Shown here one piece after another: positions 49,535 through 60,125 of a stretch of DNA of 64,000 nucleotides (its first letter is position 1; each line of letters starts with the position of its first letter). The stretch is from assembly GCA_002331385.1 (NCBI GenBank), contig DCYB01000008.1, positions 9,100-73,099 on the forward strand, read 5' to 3'. The translations under genes and the position numbers were made by a program. The stretch is from Comamonadaceae bacterium UBA2121 (lineage in GTDB: Bacteria; Pseudomonadota; Gammaproteobacteria; Burkholderiales; Burkholderiaceae_C). The notes under the pieces are model-generated. The model was not told the DNA's origin and did no database searches. It worked only from the letters and a program-made list of their open reading frames with translations.

Positions 49535-51961
49535 CTAAACCCTCTCTTCTGTTGTGATGGAATGTGTTGAATGGGTGTCCGCTCGCCGTGCGTTCCCCTG
49601 CACGCGGGCGGCACGAAACAACGGCGCCAGCACCAGCACCAGCGGCAGTCCCAGCATCAGCGTCAATCCGAATGCGTGCAGCGCTGGCGTGCGCGACAGC
49701 CCGAGTAAACCGAACGACAGCCAGGTGCTGCCAGCCCCGATGACCACAGCCAGCCACGCCTGAGGGTCGTCCTCATGCTCCTGCAGATAAATGCCGTAGT
49801 CGATGCCCACGCCCAGCAACAGCATCAGCGCCAGCACGTTGAACAATTGCCACGGCTCGCCCATCAGCGCCATGAGGATCACCACCGCCAGACTCGCCAG
49901 CACGGTCGGCAACCACGCACGCCACGCATTGCGGCCAAATCGGCTGCACAGCGCCACCAGCACGAGCACATGCCCCACCAGCAGCAACTCCGTCATGCTG
50001 ACGCGATAGCGTTGCAGCAGCGCCGATATTTCCGCAGGCTTGTCCACCCAGACCACGCCCGCAAGCCCTTGCGCCGCCTGTTCCAGCGCGGGCAACGCGG
50101 CCTGTCCGCGCACGCCGCGCAACATCACCATGCTGCGCAGTGCACCGTCTTTCTCGCCCAGCCACAGCATTCGGGCAGCAGACGCAATCGGTTGGCCCAA
50201 CCACGCATCCACGCTGAGCGGCTGCACCTGCTCCTGCACCTTTGCTGGCGGCTTCGCTGGTTCGGCAAAGGTCTCGCCCAACTGCTCACCCACGCCCGCC
50301 AACACCACCTTGCGCGCATGCTCCGACAATTGCGCATCACGCGCTTGCCTGCGCGCCGACGGCACCCAGTCGGACACGGCGACATAGCCAGCGAGTTCAC
50401 CCTGGGCGATCAACGCATCCAGACGCTCTTTGAGCGCCTCTTCGCGCTCCAGAACGTCTTGCGCGCTCGACCCCTTGACGAGATAGAACTGCGCCGGACT
50501 GGGCAGCCCCAGCACACGGCTGACCTCGATCTGCTGGCGCACCAGTTCCGCAGGACTGCTTTGCAACTGCCGCACATCGTCCATCCCGTGCAGCAAATGC
50601 CCGCCCCAGATCCACGCCAAGGCCGTAGCGCTCAACACCAGTGACCACGGCAGCGCATTGCGCCACCGCGGCCACAGGGCCAACGTCGCGCCGATGCGCT
50701 GCGCCGCACGGCTGTGCGGTACATGCCCACGGTCCAGCCAGGGGAACCAGCACACCACCGTCAGCATCGCGGCCGCCAGTCCGACGACGGAAAACACCGC
50801 CATCTGCCGCAACCCGGGAAACGCCGCCGCGCCCAACGCGAGATAGGCGATCACGCTGGTCACCAAGGCCAGCACCAAGGCGGGCAGCAACGCGCGCATC
50901 AGTCCATGGGGCGAGCGCTCCGGCGCTCCTTGCCGCGATGCAAAGTAATGAATGCCGTAGTCCTCTGCCACGCCCACCAGACTTGCGCCAAAGACCAGCG
51001 TGAGCAGATGGACCTGTCCAAAAAACACTGCCGTTACGCTGAGTGCCACGGCACATCCCACCAGCAGCGACAGCCCCACCAGCAGAACCGGGCGCAGCGA
51101 CCGAAACGCCAGCCACGCCAACAGCAACACGCCCGCCAGCGAGCCCCACCCAATGACGTTGATCTCGCCATGCGCCTGCACCGCCGCGGCTTCTGCATGC
51201 AGCGGGACGCCCGCCGTCAGCATCTGCGCCTCTGGCCAACGGACACGCACGGCCTCCAGCGCCTGTGACATGGCCGAGCCGATATCTGCTTCGCCCGACA
51301 ACCGGAACGCCGAGCCATCCAGTGCGAACTGCATCACCGCCCACTGTTGGCCTTGCGCCGACACCCATAGCTCACCATCGCGTGGTCGCGCCTGACTTTG
51401 CGTTGCGCGCGCAGCCCACCAGCCAGTCCACAGCGCCAGCGGATCGCTGACCCAGTCGGCCAGCCGCGCCTGCGCGCCCGGCTGATACAGGTCGCGCAGT
51501 GCGTGCTCCACCCATTGCTCTTCAGGCGTATGCATCAACATGGCGCGTTGTTGCGGTGTGAGCAGGCTGGCGCGCCACGGTTGGTAGAACGCCATCGCAG
51601 CCTGCATGCCATCCGCATGCGGCGGTGGCTCTTCCGTCAGGCGCGCGGAGGTCGCCCGCTGCAGCGCGGTGCGAAACACCTGTACCGCCTCGCGCGTATG
51701 CGCCCAATCGCCCGTTCCGAGCAGCACGACAATCTGTCGCTGCAACTGCTCGGACAATTGCGCGGTCGCCAGCGACACGTCGGGTGCCTGCTCGTCCATC
51801 GGCAGCAGGGCCATCACGTTGGTGTCGATGCGCCCCTGCTTCCAGAATTGCCACTGATGCACGCACACGGCCAGCACCAGCACCAGCCACGCCAACGCGG
51901 CAAGACGCCAGAAGCGCCCTGCAGGTGGATCGTTCAGTGGCATGGAGTGCGTGGGTTGCAT
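49535..51961 (-). CDS. MMPL/RND-family exporter (ApeM-like)
   Basis: Two TM blocks; GVAEDYGIHY and GVGIDYGIYL. Confidence 0.9.
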   Translation of the reverse strand: MQPTHSMPLNDPPAGRFWRLAALAWLVLVLAVCVHQWQFWKQGRIDTNVMALLPMDEQAPDVSLATAQLSEQLQRQIVVLLGTGDWAHTREAVQVFRTALQRATSARLTEEPPPHADGMQAAMAFYQPWRASLLTPQQRAMLMHTPEEQWVEHALRDLYQPGAQARLADWVSDPLALWTGWWAARATQSQARPRDGELWVSAQGQQWAVMQFALDGSAFRLSGEADIGSAMSQALEAVRVRWPEAQMLTAGVPLHAEAAAVQAHGEINVIGWGSLAGVLLLAWLAFRSLRPVLLVGLSLLVGCAVALSVTAVFFGQVHLLTLVFGASLVGVAEDYGIHYFASRQGAPERSPHGLMRALLPALVLALVTSVIAYLALGAAAFPGLRQMAVFSVVGLAAAMLTVVCWFPWLDRGHVPHSRAAQRIGATLALWPRWRNALPWSLVLSATALAWIWGGHLLHGMDDVRQLQSSPAELVRQQIEVSRVLGLPSPAQFYLVKGSSAQDVLEREEALKERLDALIAQGELAGYVAVSDWVPSARRQARDAQLSEHARKVVLAGVGEQLGETFAEPAKPPAKVQEQVQPLSVDAWLGQPIASAARMLWLGEKDGALRSMVMLRGVRGQAALPALEQAAQGLAGVVWVDKPAEISALLQRYRVSMTELLLVGHVLVLVALCSRFGRNAWRAWLPTVLASLAVVILMALMGEPWQLFNVLALMLLLGVGIDYGIYLQEHEDDPQAWLAVVIGAGSTWLSFGLLGLSRTPALHAFGLTLMLGLPLVLVLAPLFRAARVQGNARRADTHSTHSITTEERV

Positions 51962-51993
51962 AACGTGTGGGAGTCAGGCCGATGCGCGCAGCG

Positions 51994-52623
51994 TCAGCGA
52001 AACAGCGCCGCGTCGGCCGCGCGCAATTGCGCCTCGGCTACAGGATCAACGATGCGGATCACGCTGCTGTCGCCACGCGCCTCCTGCAAGCGCACCTCGC
52101 GCACAAACGCTCCGCCTTCCAGATCGATCTGGCCCAGCCATTCCTTCAGCACCGCATCGCGCGGCACCAGATGCAATTGCCAGCCCTGCGCCTGCGCCTT
52201 GCCCGACACGTCGAAATACTGCCGCAACTGCGCCACGTCGGCGGACATCACCGCGAACAGCATGGCGTTCACCGTGCGCAAGACGGGCTCGTCTTGCGCC
52301 TTCATCTGCATGGCGACCTGACCATCGGCGCGCCGCGATTGCAGACTGTCCGGCTTCACGATCAACAGCGATTCAAACGGTTTGATCACGCGCCAGACAA
52401 TGCCCTTGTCACGCGCCACGACAAACTCGCCGGACGAACGCAGTGGCTGCTTGAAGCCCTTGATGGTCTTGAGTTGCTCAAACCCGCCACGCACCACCGG
52501 CGCGTCCTTGAGCTGCGCACGCACGCGCCCCAGCACATCATCTGCGGCCAAAACCAACAGCGGGCGCCCCAACAGCGCCCCCACCAACCCTGCGTTGACC
52601 AATTGCCTGCGCCGTGTATTCAT
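51994..52623 (-). CDS. LolA-like outer-membrane carrier protein (ApeL-like)
   Basis: FEQLKTIKGFKQPLRSSGEF, GIVWRVIKPF. Confidence 0.87.
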   Translation of the reverse strand: MNTRRRQLVNAGLVGALLGRPLLVLAADDVLGRVRAQLKDAPVVRGGFEQLKTIKGFKQPLRSSGEFVVARDKGIVWRVIKPFESLLIVKPDSLQSRRADGQVAMQMKAQDEPVLRTVNAMLFAVMSADVAQLRQYFDVSGKAQAQGWQLHLVPRDAVLKEWLGQIDLEGGAFVREVRLQEARGDSSVIRIVDPVAEAQLRAADAALFR

Positions 52624-53060
52624 GGCTCGACTCCCAAACGCTCCCACAACACCGGCGGGCAGACAAAGCACATCTCGCGCGTGCGCATGTCCACGGCGAC
52701 CTGGATGGTGTAGGCGGTGTTGATCTTCTGGCCGCTTTGCGCATCGCGCATCACGTAGTCGATGCGCAATCGGTTCTCCCATTCGGTGATGCTGGCTTCC
52801 ACCTTCAGGCGCTGGCCGAACGTGGCGGGGCGCACATACTTCAGCCGCATGTCCACCACCGGCCAGCCATAGCCCGACTCGCGCATGCGCGGGTAGTCGT
52901 AGTCGAACTTGGCAAGCAAGGCGCTGCGTGCCAGCTCCAGATACTTCACATAGTTGCCGTGGTAGACGATCTCCATCACGTCGATGTCGTAGAACGCCGG
53001 CGTGACGTCGATCTCGCAACGCAAACGGCTGCGCGTGGCTATTTCTTTGTCAGTGGGCAT
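52620..53060 (-). CDS. Acyl-CoA thioesterase (ApeK-like)
   Basis: DIDVMEIVYHGNYVKYLE, WPVVD. Confidence 0.88.
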   Translation of the reverse strand: MPTDKEIATRSRLRCEIDVTPAFYDIDVMEIVYHGNYVKYLELARSALLAKFDYDYPRMRESGYGWPVVDMRLKYVRPATFGQRLKVEASITEWENRLRIDYVMRDAQSGQKINTAYTIQVAVDMRTREMCFVCPPVLWERLGVEP

Positions 53061-54600
53061 ACAGACTCCAGGCGCGCTGGCGGATGTCGAGCAACAGGCG
53101 CTGCAGATCGCGATCCAGTGCCCGGTCCTGCTCCACCCATTCAAAGCGCGCGGCCAGATCGTCGATCCATGCGCGCATCGTGTCGCCCACCGGCACATCG
53201 CCCTGCACGCGCGCGCGCAGTACCACCGCCTGGCGGGCGGCAATGAGCATGCCGGCGATGACCTGCTCCGTCAGCTCCAGCACGCGCAGCGCATCGCGTG
53301 CTGCGATGGTTCCCATGCTGACCTTGTCCTGGTTGTGGCATTCGGTGGAGCGCGAAAAAACGGACGCAGGCATCGTCTGCTTGAGCGCCTCGGCGGTCCA
53401 CGCCGAAACGCTGATCTGCAGTGCCTTCAGGCCGTGGTTGATGGATTGGCGCTCGCCCTGCACGGCCGACAGGTTGGACGGCAGGCCCTGGTTGTAGCGC
53501 GTATCAACCAGCAGCGCGAGCTGGCGGTCGAGCAGATCGGCCACGTTCGCCACCGCGTTCTTCAGCGTGTCCATGGCCAGCGCAACATGGCCGCCATAGA
53601 AGTGGCCGCCATGCAGCACGCGCTCTTCGTCCGGTTCGATCAACGGGTTGTCGTTGGCCGAGTTGAGTTCGCCCTCCACCAACTGGCGCAGAAAGGGCAG
53701 CGCATCTTCCAGCACACCGATCACATGCGGCGCGCAGCGCAGCGAATAGCGATCCTGCAGCCGGTGCGAGTTGCGCAGCGGCGCCTGCGCCACCAGATCG
53801 CCACGAATGCGCGCAGCCGCGCGTTGCTGCCCCGCATGCGGCTTGGCGGCAAACAGCGTTTCATCAAAATGGTGCGCGTTGCCCGCAATGCCCACCACGT
53901 TGGCCGCCGTGATGCGGCTGGCCAGGCGCGAGACGTATTCCGCGCGCTGCCACGCCAAGCAGGCCAACGCCGTCATCACCGCAGTGCCATTCATCAGCGC
54001 CAGCCCTTCTTTGGGGCGCAGGCGCAGAGGCTGCGTGCCGGTGGCGGCGAGCGCGTCGGCAGCGGGAGTGACGCGCCCCTGGAACATCACCTCGCGTTCA
54101 CCGCACAGCACCGCAGCCACATAGGACAGCGGCGTGAGATCGCCGCTCGCGCCCACCGAGCCTTCAGCCGGAATCAACGGCAGGATGTCATGCGCGAGCA
54201 AATGCTCCAACTGCTGCAGCAGCGCCCAACTAACGCCGGACAGTCCATGACACAGCGAAGCCATGCGGCACGCCAGCACCGCGCGCGTTTCCACTTCGGT
54301 GAGCATGCGGCCCGCGCCGCAGCCGTGATAGGCATAGAGGTGATGCGGCAGCTCCGGTATCAACTCCGGCGGCACGGCCACCGTGCAGGAGTCGCCGTAG
54401 CCAGTGGTCACGCCGTAGACCACGCCATCTTCGGCCAGCAGTCGATCCAGAAAGTCCGCGCCTTTCTGGATGCGCTCGCGAAAGGCCGGGGCCGTGGACA
54501 GGCGCGCCTGCGCATGGCCATGTGCAATGTCGACGATCTGTTCGATCGTCAGTGCGGAGCCGTCAAAAATCACCTGCTCCGGATTCGCGTTCTGTGTCAT
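53050..54600 (-). CDS. Aromatic amino acid ammonia-lyase (HAL/PAL/TAL family)
   Basis: VYGVTTGYG, MIO motif GASGDL, PKEGLALMNGT, NSANDNP, HNQD. Confidence 0.92.
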   Translation of the reverse strand: MTQNANPEQVIFDGSALTIEQIVDIAHGHAQARLSTAPAFRERIQKGADFLDRLLAEDGVVYGVTTGYGDSCTVAVPPELIPELPHHLYAYHGCGAGRMLTEVETRAVLACRMASLCHGLSGVSWALLQQLEHLLAHDILPLIPAEGSVGASGDLTPLSYVAAVLCGEREVMFQGRVTPAADALAATGTQPLRLRPKEGLALMNGTAVMTALACLAWQRAEYVSRLASRITAANVVGIAGNAHHFDETLFAAKPHAGQQRAAARIRGDLVAQAPLRNSHRLQDRYSLRCAPHVIGVLEDALPFLRQLVEGELNSANDNPLIEPDEERVLHGGHFYGGHVALAMDTLKNAVANVADLLDRQLALLVDTRYNQGLPSNLSAVQGERQSINHGLKALQISVSAWTAEALKQTMPASVFSRSTECHNQDKVSMGTIAARDALRVLELTEQVIAGMLIAARQAVVLRARVQGDVPVGDTMRAWIDDLAARFEWVEQDRALDRDLQRLLLDIRQRAWSLYAH

Positions 54601-54612
54601 GCGTGTTGTCTT

Positions 54613-55620
54613 TTAATGTGTGTCACGACGAGGTGCCGCCGCATCCTCGCCCTGATCCCAGAAGGGAAAAAAATTGAACCAGTCATAAGGCGCGTGCACC
54701 AGCCGCCGCTCCAGCTCTGCGGCATAGGCCGCTGCATATTCCGCCAGCGCCGCATCCCGGCGCGCACGCGGCAATTCCACCTGCTGGGCGAGCGGCGCAA
54801 TGCGCAGCCCGTATCCATCGCCCATGTGCGTGCACGACATGAAATACAGCGGGCACTTGAGCAGCGAAGCAATCACGTACGGGCCACACGGAAAGTGGGC
54901 CTCGTGCCCCAGAAAGCGGGCGCGCGTGGTCTTGCTGCGTGACACCGGAACGCGATCACCGGCAATGGCGATGAACTCGCCCTGCGCCACCCGTTCCGAC
55001 AGCATCATCGCGGTGGCGGCGTTGAACTCCGTCACCTGCAAAAAGCGTACCTGGCTGCCCGGCGAGATGCGCGCGAGCAGCCGGTTGAACCGCTCCGCGT
55101 GGCGCGTGTGCACCAGCACGTTCAGGCGCAGGCCCGCGCGGCGTTCAGCCAGCACCTGGCACAGTTCGATGCAGCCGATGTGCGCCGTCACGAAGACCGC
55201 ACCCTGTCCCTTGTCCAGCAATTCGAGAATCGGCTCGTGCCCGCCGTAGCTCACTTGGGCGACGGGATAGCTGCCCGAAATCGCCAGCATCTTGTCCAGC
55301 AGCACCTGCGCGAACACGCATAAATGGCGCATGCTTTCACGCCATCCCGGCTCACGCGGCCATGGCGCATGCGCGGCCTGCATGCGGCGCAAATATTGCA
55401 ACGACGCCCGACGCGCCAGCGGCTTGGCCAGCCAGTAGTAAGTCACCACGGGGTACAGGCAGAGCATGAACGGCCGGCGCCCCAGCAATCGATGGATGTG
55501 AAACAGCAGCCACATACCGCCAGCAAACGTGCTCTCGCCTATCTGCGCCCAATGCGTTGCGGCATTGGCAGCCGTCGCGTCCTGACGCCCGGCGTCAGCA
55601 GGTTGCGCGCGCCCGCTCAT
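54613..55620 (-). CDS. LpxL-like acyltransferase (ApeJ C-terminal part)
   Basis: HWAQIGE, TAHIGCIE, AIAGDR, YDWFNFFPFW. Confidence 0.85.
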   Translation of the reverse strand: MSGRAQPADAGRQDATAANAATHWAQIGESTFAGGMWLLFHIHRLLGRRPFMLCLYPVVTYYWLAKPLARRASLQYLRRMQAAHAPWPREPGWRESMRHLCVFAQVLLDKMLAISGSYPVAQVSYGGHEPILELLDKGQGAVFVTAHIGCIELCQVLAERRAGLRLNVLVHTRHAERFNRLLARISPGSQVRFLQVTEFNAATAMMLSERVAQGEFIAIAGDRVPVSRSKTTRARFLGHEAHFPCGPYVIASLLKCPLYFMSCTHMGDGYGLRIAPLAQQVELPRARRDAALAEYAAAYAAELERRLVHAPYDWFNFFPFWDQGEDAAAPRRDTH

Positions 55621-56375
55621 GTGACCCAGCCTCGCATCTTGCGCGCCACCAGCACCGGACTGCGCAGCAACATGCCGCCAAACATCCGCGCGTGCATGCC
55701 AGAGATCAGCAGGTTGTCGCGCCATGCCTTGAAGTGCGACAGGCCATCCATGGGATACGTCACGGGCGTGCGTTGGGTGATGAACGGCACGCCCTGCCAA
55801 AACATGCGCACGAGGATTTCGATGTCGAACTCCATGCGCTTGCCGATGTCCGCGCTGTCGATGGCCCTGAGCGCGGCCGCCAGCGGGTACACGCGAAAGC
55901 CGCACATGGAATCGCGAATCTCCAGCGACAGCGTATTGATCCACACCCACACGTGCGTGACGTAACGGCCATACAGCCGCGCCTTGGGCACGCTGTCATC
56001 GTAGATCGGCGCGCCGCAAATCATGCTGCCCGGATGTTGGCGCGCCAGTGAGGCAAATGCGGGAATATCGGCAATGGCGTGCTGGCCGTCGGCGTCGATC
56101 TGCAGCACATGCGTGTAGCCCTTGCGCGCCGCATGGCGCATGCCCGCGATCATCGCACTGCCCTTGCCCTGATTCACGTCGAGCCGCACCAGCATGGCAC
56201 GCGGCGCATGGTCAGCCGCGAGCGCATCCAGCACACGCGCACATTCCGGGCTGGAGCCATCGTCCACCAGAATGCAATCCAGCCCCGCATCCAGCGCGCC
56301 GCGCAACATGTGGCCGACGGTGTCCGGATGGTTGTAGACCGGGATCACGGTCACGATGGAAGTCTCGGTCGCCAT
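55617..56375 (-). CDS. Glycosyltransferase family 2 (ApeJ N-terminal part)
   Basis: IPVYNH, VDDGS, QIDADGQH, DSMCGFRVYP. Confidence 0.92.
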   Translation of the reverse strand: MATETSIVTVIPVYNHPDTVGHMLRGALDAGLDCILVDDGSSPECARVLDALAADHAPRAMLVRLDVNQGKGSAMIAGMRHAARKGYTHVLQIDADGQHAIADIPAFASLARQHPGSMICGAPIYDDSVPKARLYGRYVTHVWVWINTLSLEIRDSMCGFRVYPLAAALRAIDSADIGKRMEFDIEILVRMFWQGVPFITQRTPVTYPMDGLSHFKAWRDNLLISGMHARMFGGMLLRSPVLVARKMRGWVT

Positions 56376-56378
56376 GCC

Positions 56379-58118
56379 TTATCCGCCCCGCTGCAACAAC
56401 TTGCCGCTCGCGTGCGCGCCGCGCCCGGAGGTCAGCGTGAATTGCACGCCGCGCCCATCGGCCAGGCGCGCCAGCCGCATCTGCACGCAGTCGCCCGGAA
56501 GAATCGGTTGCTGGAACTTCACCACCTGCGCCAACGGCAATGGTGCCGTCATTTCAAACGCCTGCCGCGCCAACTCCACGACCCAATGCAATTGCGCCAC
56601 GCCGGGCACCAGTGCGGCTTGCGGGAAATGGCCATCCAGCACACGCAAGCCCGCGTCGACATGCAGCTGCGCCAGCGCCTCATCCGCAGAGCGCTCCAGC
56701 CAGTGCGGGCGCGGCATCAACGGCGCGAACAGGGCCAGCAAGCTGGACTGTGTGATCTTGCCCTGCGCATTCATCGGCATGCGTGCCACGTAACGCCAAT
56801 GGCGTGGCAAGGCGATGCGCTCCACGTCGTGTATCAGCAGCGCACGCAAACGCTCGGCCATGGCGCGGCGCCCATTGGCCGTCAACGCACTCCAGCCTGC
56901 TTCGCTCAGTTCCACGACCATGCCGATGCGCACCGGCAGGTCCGCCGCTGGCTCGATCAACACCGCGCGCGCGCCCGACACCCAGGCACTCGCTTGCAGG
57001 CATTGCTCCATGGCGGTCAACGACACGCGCTTTTCCGCAATCTTGACGATGCGATCCACCCGCCCTTGCAACACGAAACCGGCGCCATCGTCGCTGGGCT
57101 GTGCCCGGTCCGACGTTTCCCACCAAGTGTGCGCGTCCGCCAGATGGGGCGAACGCACGCACAGCAGACCTTCGTCGTTCAGCCGCGCTTGCACGCCCGG
57201 CAGAACCTGCCACGCATCGCCCTGATCCGCGCGGCGGCGCCATGCGATGCCGCCCGTCTCCGAGCTGCCAAACACTTCGGTCGGCGACTGCCCGAGCACG
57301 GCCAGGGCATGCGCCGATGCCTGCGCCGTCAACGGCCCGCCCGACGAAAACACCGCCGTCAACTGACTGCGCACGTCCGCCCAATCCAGGTTGTCCGGCA
57401 AGCGCGACAGCAGTGCGGGCGACGACACCAGCACCGCACGCTGTCCTGCCTGTTTCAGCGCCTGCAATGACTGGAGAATGTCTTCCGGATAGCGCGCGAT
57501 GTCGCCACCCAATGCGCGCCCCGCCGCCAACGGCCAGAGTACGCGAAAGAGCAAGCCGTAAATATGCTGGTGCGACACGGTTGCCAGCACCCGTGCATCT
57601 TGCGCAGGCACGAGGGATCCGAACGCGCGTTGCAGCGCATGCACCTCGGCATCCAACTGCGCCACCTGCTTGACGATGCGCATCGGCTTGCCTGTCGAGC
57701 CCGATGTGAACAGTGCAAGGCGCTGCGCGTGCATGTCAAAGAGCGTCAGGCGCACGGCATCCGCGCTGCTCTCATCCGGCTGCAACGCATCGGGTAGCAA
57801 TCCGGCCACTGCGCTTACTGAAGGGAGCAGCAATTCAAGGGTGGCCGGCTGCATGTCGCTCGCCAGCACAGGCATCTTGCCCGCGTGCCAGGCGCCCCAC
57901 AATGCGCAGGACAGCTCCAGCGCATCGTCAAAAAACAGGGCAATTTCGGGTCCGGGAACGCGCTGGAAACGCGCGCACCACGATTGCACCCGGCGCACCC
58001 ACGCCGCATGCATCGTGCGCTCTGCACCCACTTGCGCCACGACATGCGACGGCGCAAACGATTGCACCAACGCCAGTTGATGGAGCGGTTGGCTTTTCTG
58101 AAGCAGTGGCATGTCCAT
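56379..58118 (-). CDS. AMP-binding ligase fused to a C-terminal hotdog dehydratase (ApeH-ApeI-like; start approximate)
   Basis: FTSGSTGKP, EVFGSSETGG, GRVDRIVKI; C-terminal DGHFPQAALVPGVAQL. Confidence 0.87.
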   Translation of the reverse strand: MDMPLLQKSQPLHQLALVQSFAPSHVVAQVGAERTMHAAWVRRVQSWCARFQRVPGPEIALFFDDALELSCALWGAWHAGKMPVLASDMQPATLELLLPSVSAVAGLLPDALQPDESSADAVRLTLFDMHAQRLALFTSGSTGKPMRIVKQVAQLDAEVHALQRAFGSLVPAQDARVLATVSHQHIYGLLFRVLWPLAAGRALGGDIARYPEDILQSLQALKQAGQRAVLVSSPALLSRLPDNLDWADVRSQLTAVFSSGGPLTAQASAHALAVLGQSPTEVFGSSETGGIAWRRRADQGDAWQVLPGVQARLNDEGLLCVRSPHLADAHTWWETSDRAQPSDDGAGFVLQGRVDRIVKIAEKRVSLTAMEQCLQASAWVSGARAVLIEPAADLPVRIGMVVELSEAGWSALTANGRRAMAERLRALLIHDVERIALPRHWRYVARMPMNAQGKITQSSLLALFAPLMPRPHWLERSADEALAQLHVDAGLRVLDGHFPQAALVPGVAQLHWVVELARQAFEMTAPLPLAQVVKFQQPILPGDCVQMRLARLADGRGVQFTLTSGRGAHASGKLLQRGG

Positions 58119-58146
58119 GGCGAGATCGACCCTTGCGCGCTTCACG

Positions 58147-58710
58147 TCAGGCCGACGCGGACGGAGGCGGCCCCGCACGACGCACCGAGCGGCGCACGCA
58201 CCACTCCGCTGCCATCAGCAAGCCCATGAGCACATAGGCAATCAGTCCGTTGTAGAGCGCCCAGACCGCGTCGCTGCCGTACAGCGCGGTGATGGCCGCG
58301 ATGCTGCCATTCAGCACGAAGAACACGCACCACACCTTGGTCACCTGGCGCGTGTAGTGCACGCCGGACGGCGGCAGATCGGGCTCGCGCAGGCGCGCCA
58401 GTCGCTCCACCACACTCGGTGGCTGCCACAGGCTGGCGCCAAATACACCCAGCAACACGCCATTCACGAGCACCGGGTAGAGCTTGACCATCAACGGCGA
58501 CTGGCTGATCCACGCAGCCACGGCCAGCAGCACCGTGCCGCCCGCGACCACCCACCACCAGCGTTCGCGCGCCACCAGTGCGCGCGCCACTGCGAGCGCG
58601 GCCAGAAGCAGCGCCATCCACTGTGGCGCGACACGGCCCAGTGCAGCGTAGACCGCCACCGGATACAGCACGGTCAACAACACCAGTGCCCATTTCACGC
58701 CGCTGCGCAT
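58147..58710 (-). CDS. Membrane protein (ApeG-like)
   Basis: KLYPVLVN, VERLARL, YTRQVTKVW, YNGLIAY. Confidence 0.87.
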   Translation of the reverse strand: MRSGVKWALVLLTVLYPVAVYAALGRVAPQWMALLLAALAVARALVARERWWWVVAGGTVLLAVAAWISQSPLMVKLYPVLVNGVLLGVFGASLWQPPSVVERLARLREPDLPPSGVHYTRQVTKVWCVFFVLNGSIAAITALYGSDAVWALYNGLIAYVLMGLLMAAEWCVRRSVRRAGPPPSASA

Positions 58711-58736
58711 GTCCGGTCATCCCCAGTCCGCACCGC

Positions 58737-58997
58737 TCAGGCACCGGCCTGATCGTCCTGGACCAGCTTGTGCAAGGCGTCCACCACGTCCTGGATGGTG
58801 CGCACCGATTTGAAGGCTTCCGCATTCAATCGCTTGCCGACCAGCGGCTTGAGTTGAACGATCAGATCGACGGCATCGATGCTGTCGATATCCAGATCGT
58901 CATACAGCTTCGCGTCGGGCGTGATGCTCGCCTTGTCGATGCCGAAGTTCTCGTGCAGGATCTGAACGATGCGTTCGAAAATATCTTGTGGGTTCAT
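58737..58997 (-). CDS. Acyl carrier protein
   Basis: LDIDSIDAVDL. Confidence 0.92.
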   Translation of the reverse strand: MNPQDIFERIVQILHENFGIDKASITPDAKLYDDLDIDSIDAVDLIVQLKPLVGKRLNAEAFKSVRTIQDVVDALHKLVQDDQAGA

Positions 58998-59101
58998 ATC
59001 GAAAAAATCCTGAATGCCAACCACTGCCATCCCACTCGCGCCCTTGCTTGCGGGTCGTGACCGGATGGTGGCGGTATGCGCATTCGCCTTCGCTTTCGCT
59101 T

Positions 59102-59362
59102 TTACTGCGCCCGCTGCGCCGAAACAAAATCGACCAGCGCATTGACGCTGCTGAAATGCTTGCGCGTCTGCTCCGAATCGGCAGACATGCTCACGCCGTA
59201 TTTTTTTTGCAGCGCCAGCCCCAACTCCAGCGCATCGATGGAGTCCAGCCCCAGCCCGTCCACAAACAACGGCTGCGTGGAGTCGATGTCCTGCGGAGCG
59301 ATGTCCTCCAGTGCCAGCGACGCAATGATGAGTTCCTTGATTTCCAATTCAAGCTGAGACAC
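59102..59362 (-). CDS. Acyl carrier protein
   Basis: LGLDSIDALEL. Confidence 0.92.
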   Translation of the reverse strand: MSQLELEIKELIIASLALEDIAPQDIDSTQPLFVDGLGLDSIDALELGLALQKKYGVSMSADSEQTRKHFSSVNALVDFVSAQRAQ

Positions 59363-60125
59363 GTTGGGGTCCTGTGAAAAGATGTTCCGACAGGTAATCC
59401 GTTACCTGCCGGGCCGCCAGCGCCTCGCTGGGCGCGGCGATGCAGAATTCGTCGATGTCGATGTCATCGCGCACTTCAAAAGTGAAGTGCGGTTTGCGCA
59501 CCGGAACACGCCACCACGGCACGCCCTTGCGCAACATCGGCAGGCTGGTGTGAATGTGCACGGGCGTGATGTCGACACGCCCCTTCACCGCCACATGTGC
59601 AGCACCTCGTTGCAACCTGATGCTGCCTTGCAGCGGCGTGCGCGTGCCTTCGGGAAAGATGATGAGGTTGTTCCCCTCCGCCAGCGAGCGCGTGCAGTCT
59701 TCCACCAGTTGCGCGCCTCCGCTGTTGCAGATGAAGCCCGCCGCTTTGATCGGGCCGCGCGTGAACGGGTTTTTCAACAGCGCCGCCTTGACGATGCAAT
59801 CCGCATGGGGAATCAACGACACCAGAAACACCACGTCGATGAGCGAAGGATGGTTCGCCAGCACCAACAAACCACGGCGTTGCAGTTTCTCCAATCCGCG
59901 TACTTCGTAGGAGATGACGCCCACGCCATTCATGAGCGCGACGAACCATTTGAAGCCGTGGTGAATCACCGCCTGCGCGGCCTTCTGTCGGCGCTCGGGG
60001 TCACGCGTCACCAGCAGCAGCACCGGATAGACCAACAGGCGAATCACCAGACCGCCCAGACCGAAAACGGCAAAACACAAGCCAGTTGCAAAAACCCGCC
60101 AATAGCGGTTGAGGCGCTCAAGCAT
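59349..60125 (-). CDS. PlsC-like acyltransferase (ApeD-like)
   Basis: NHPSLID, IFPEGTRT. Confidence 0.9.
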   Translation of the reverse strand: MLERLNRYWRVFATGLCFAVFGLGGLVIRLLVYPVLLLVTRDPERRQKAAQAVIHHGFKWFVALMNGVGVISYEVRGLEKLQRRGLLVLANHPSLIDVVFLVSLIPHADCIVKAALLKNPFTRGPIKAAGFICNSGGAQLVEDCTRSLAEGNNLIIFPEGTRTPLQGSIRLQRGAAHVAVKGRVDITPVHIHTSLPMLRKGVPWWRVPVRKPHFTFEVRDDIDIDEFCIAAPSEALAARQVTDYLSEHLFTGPQRVSA

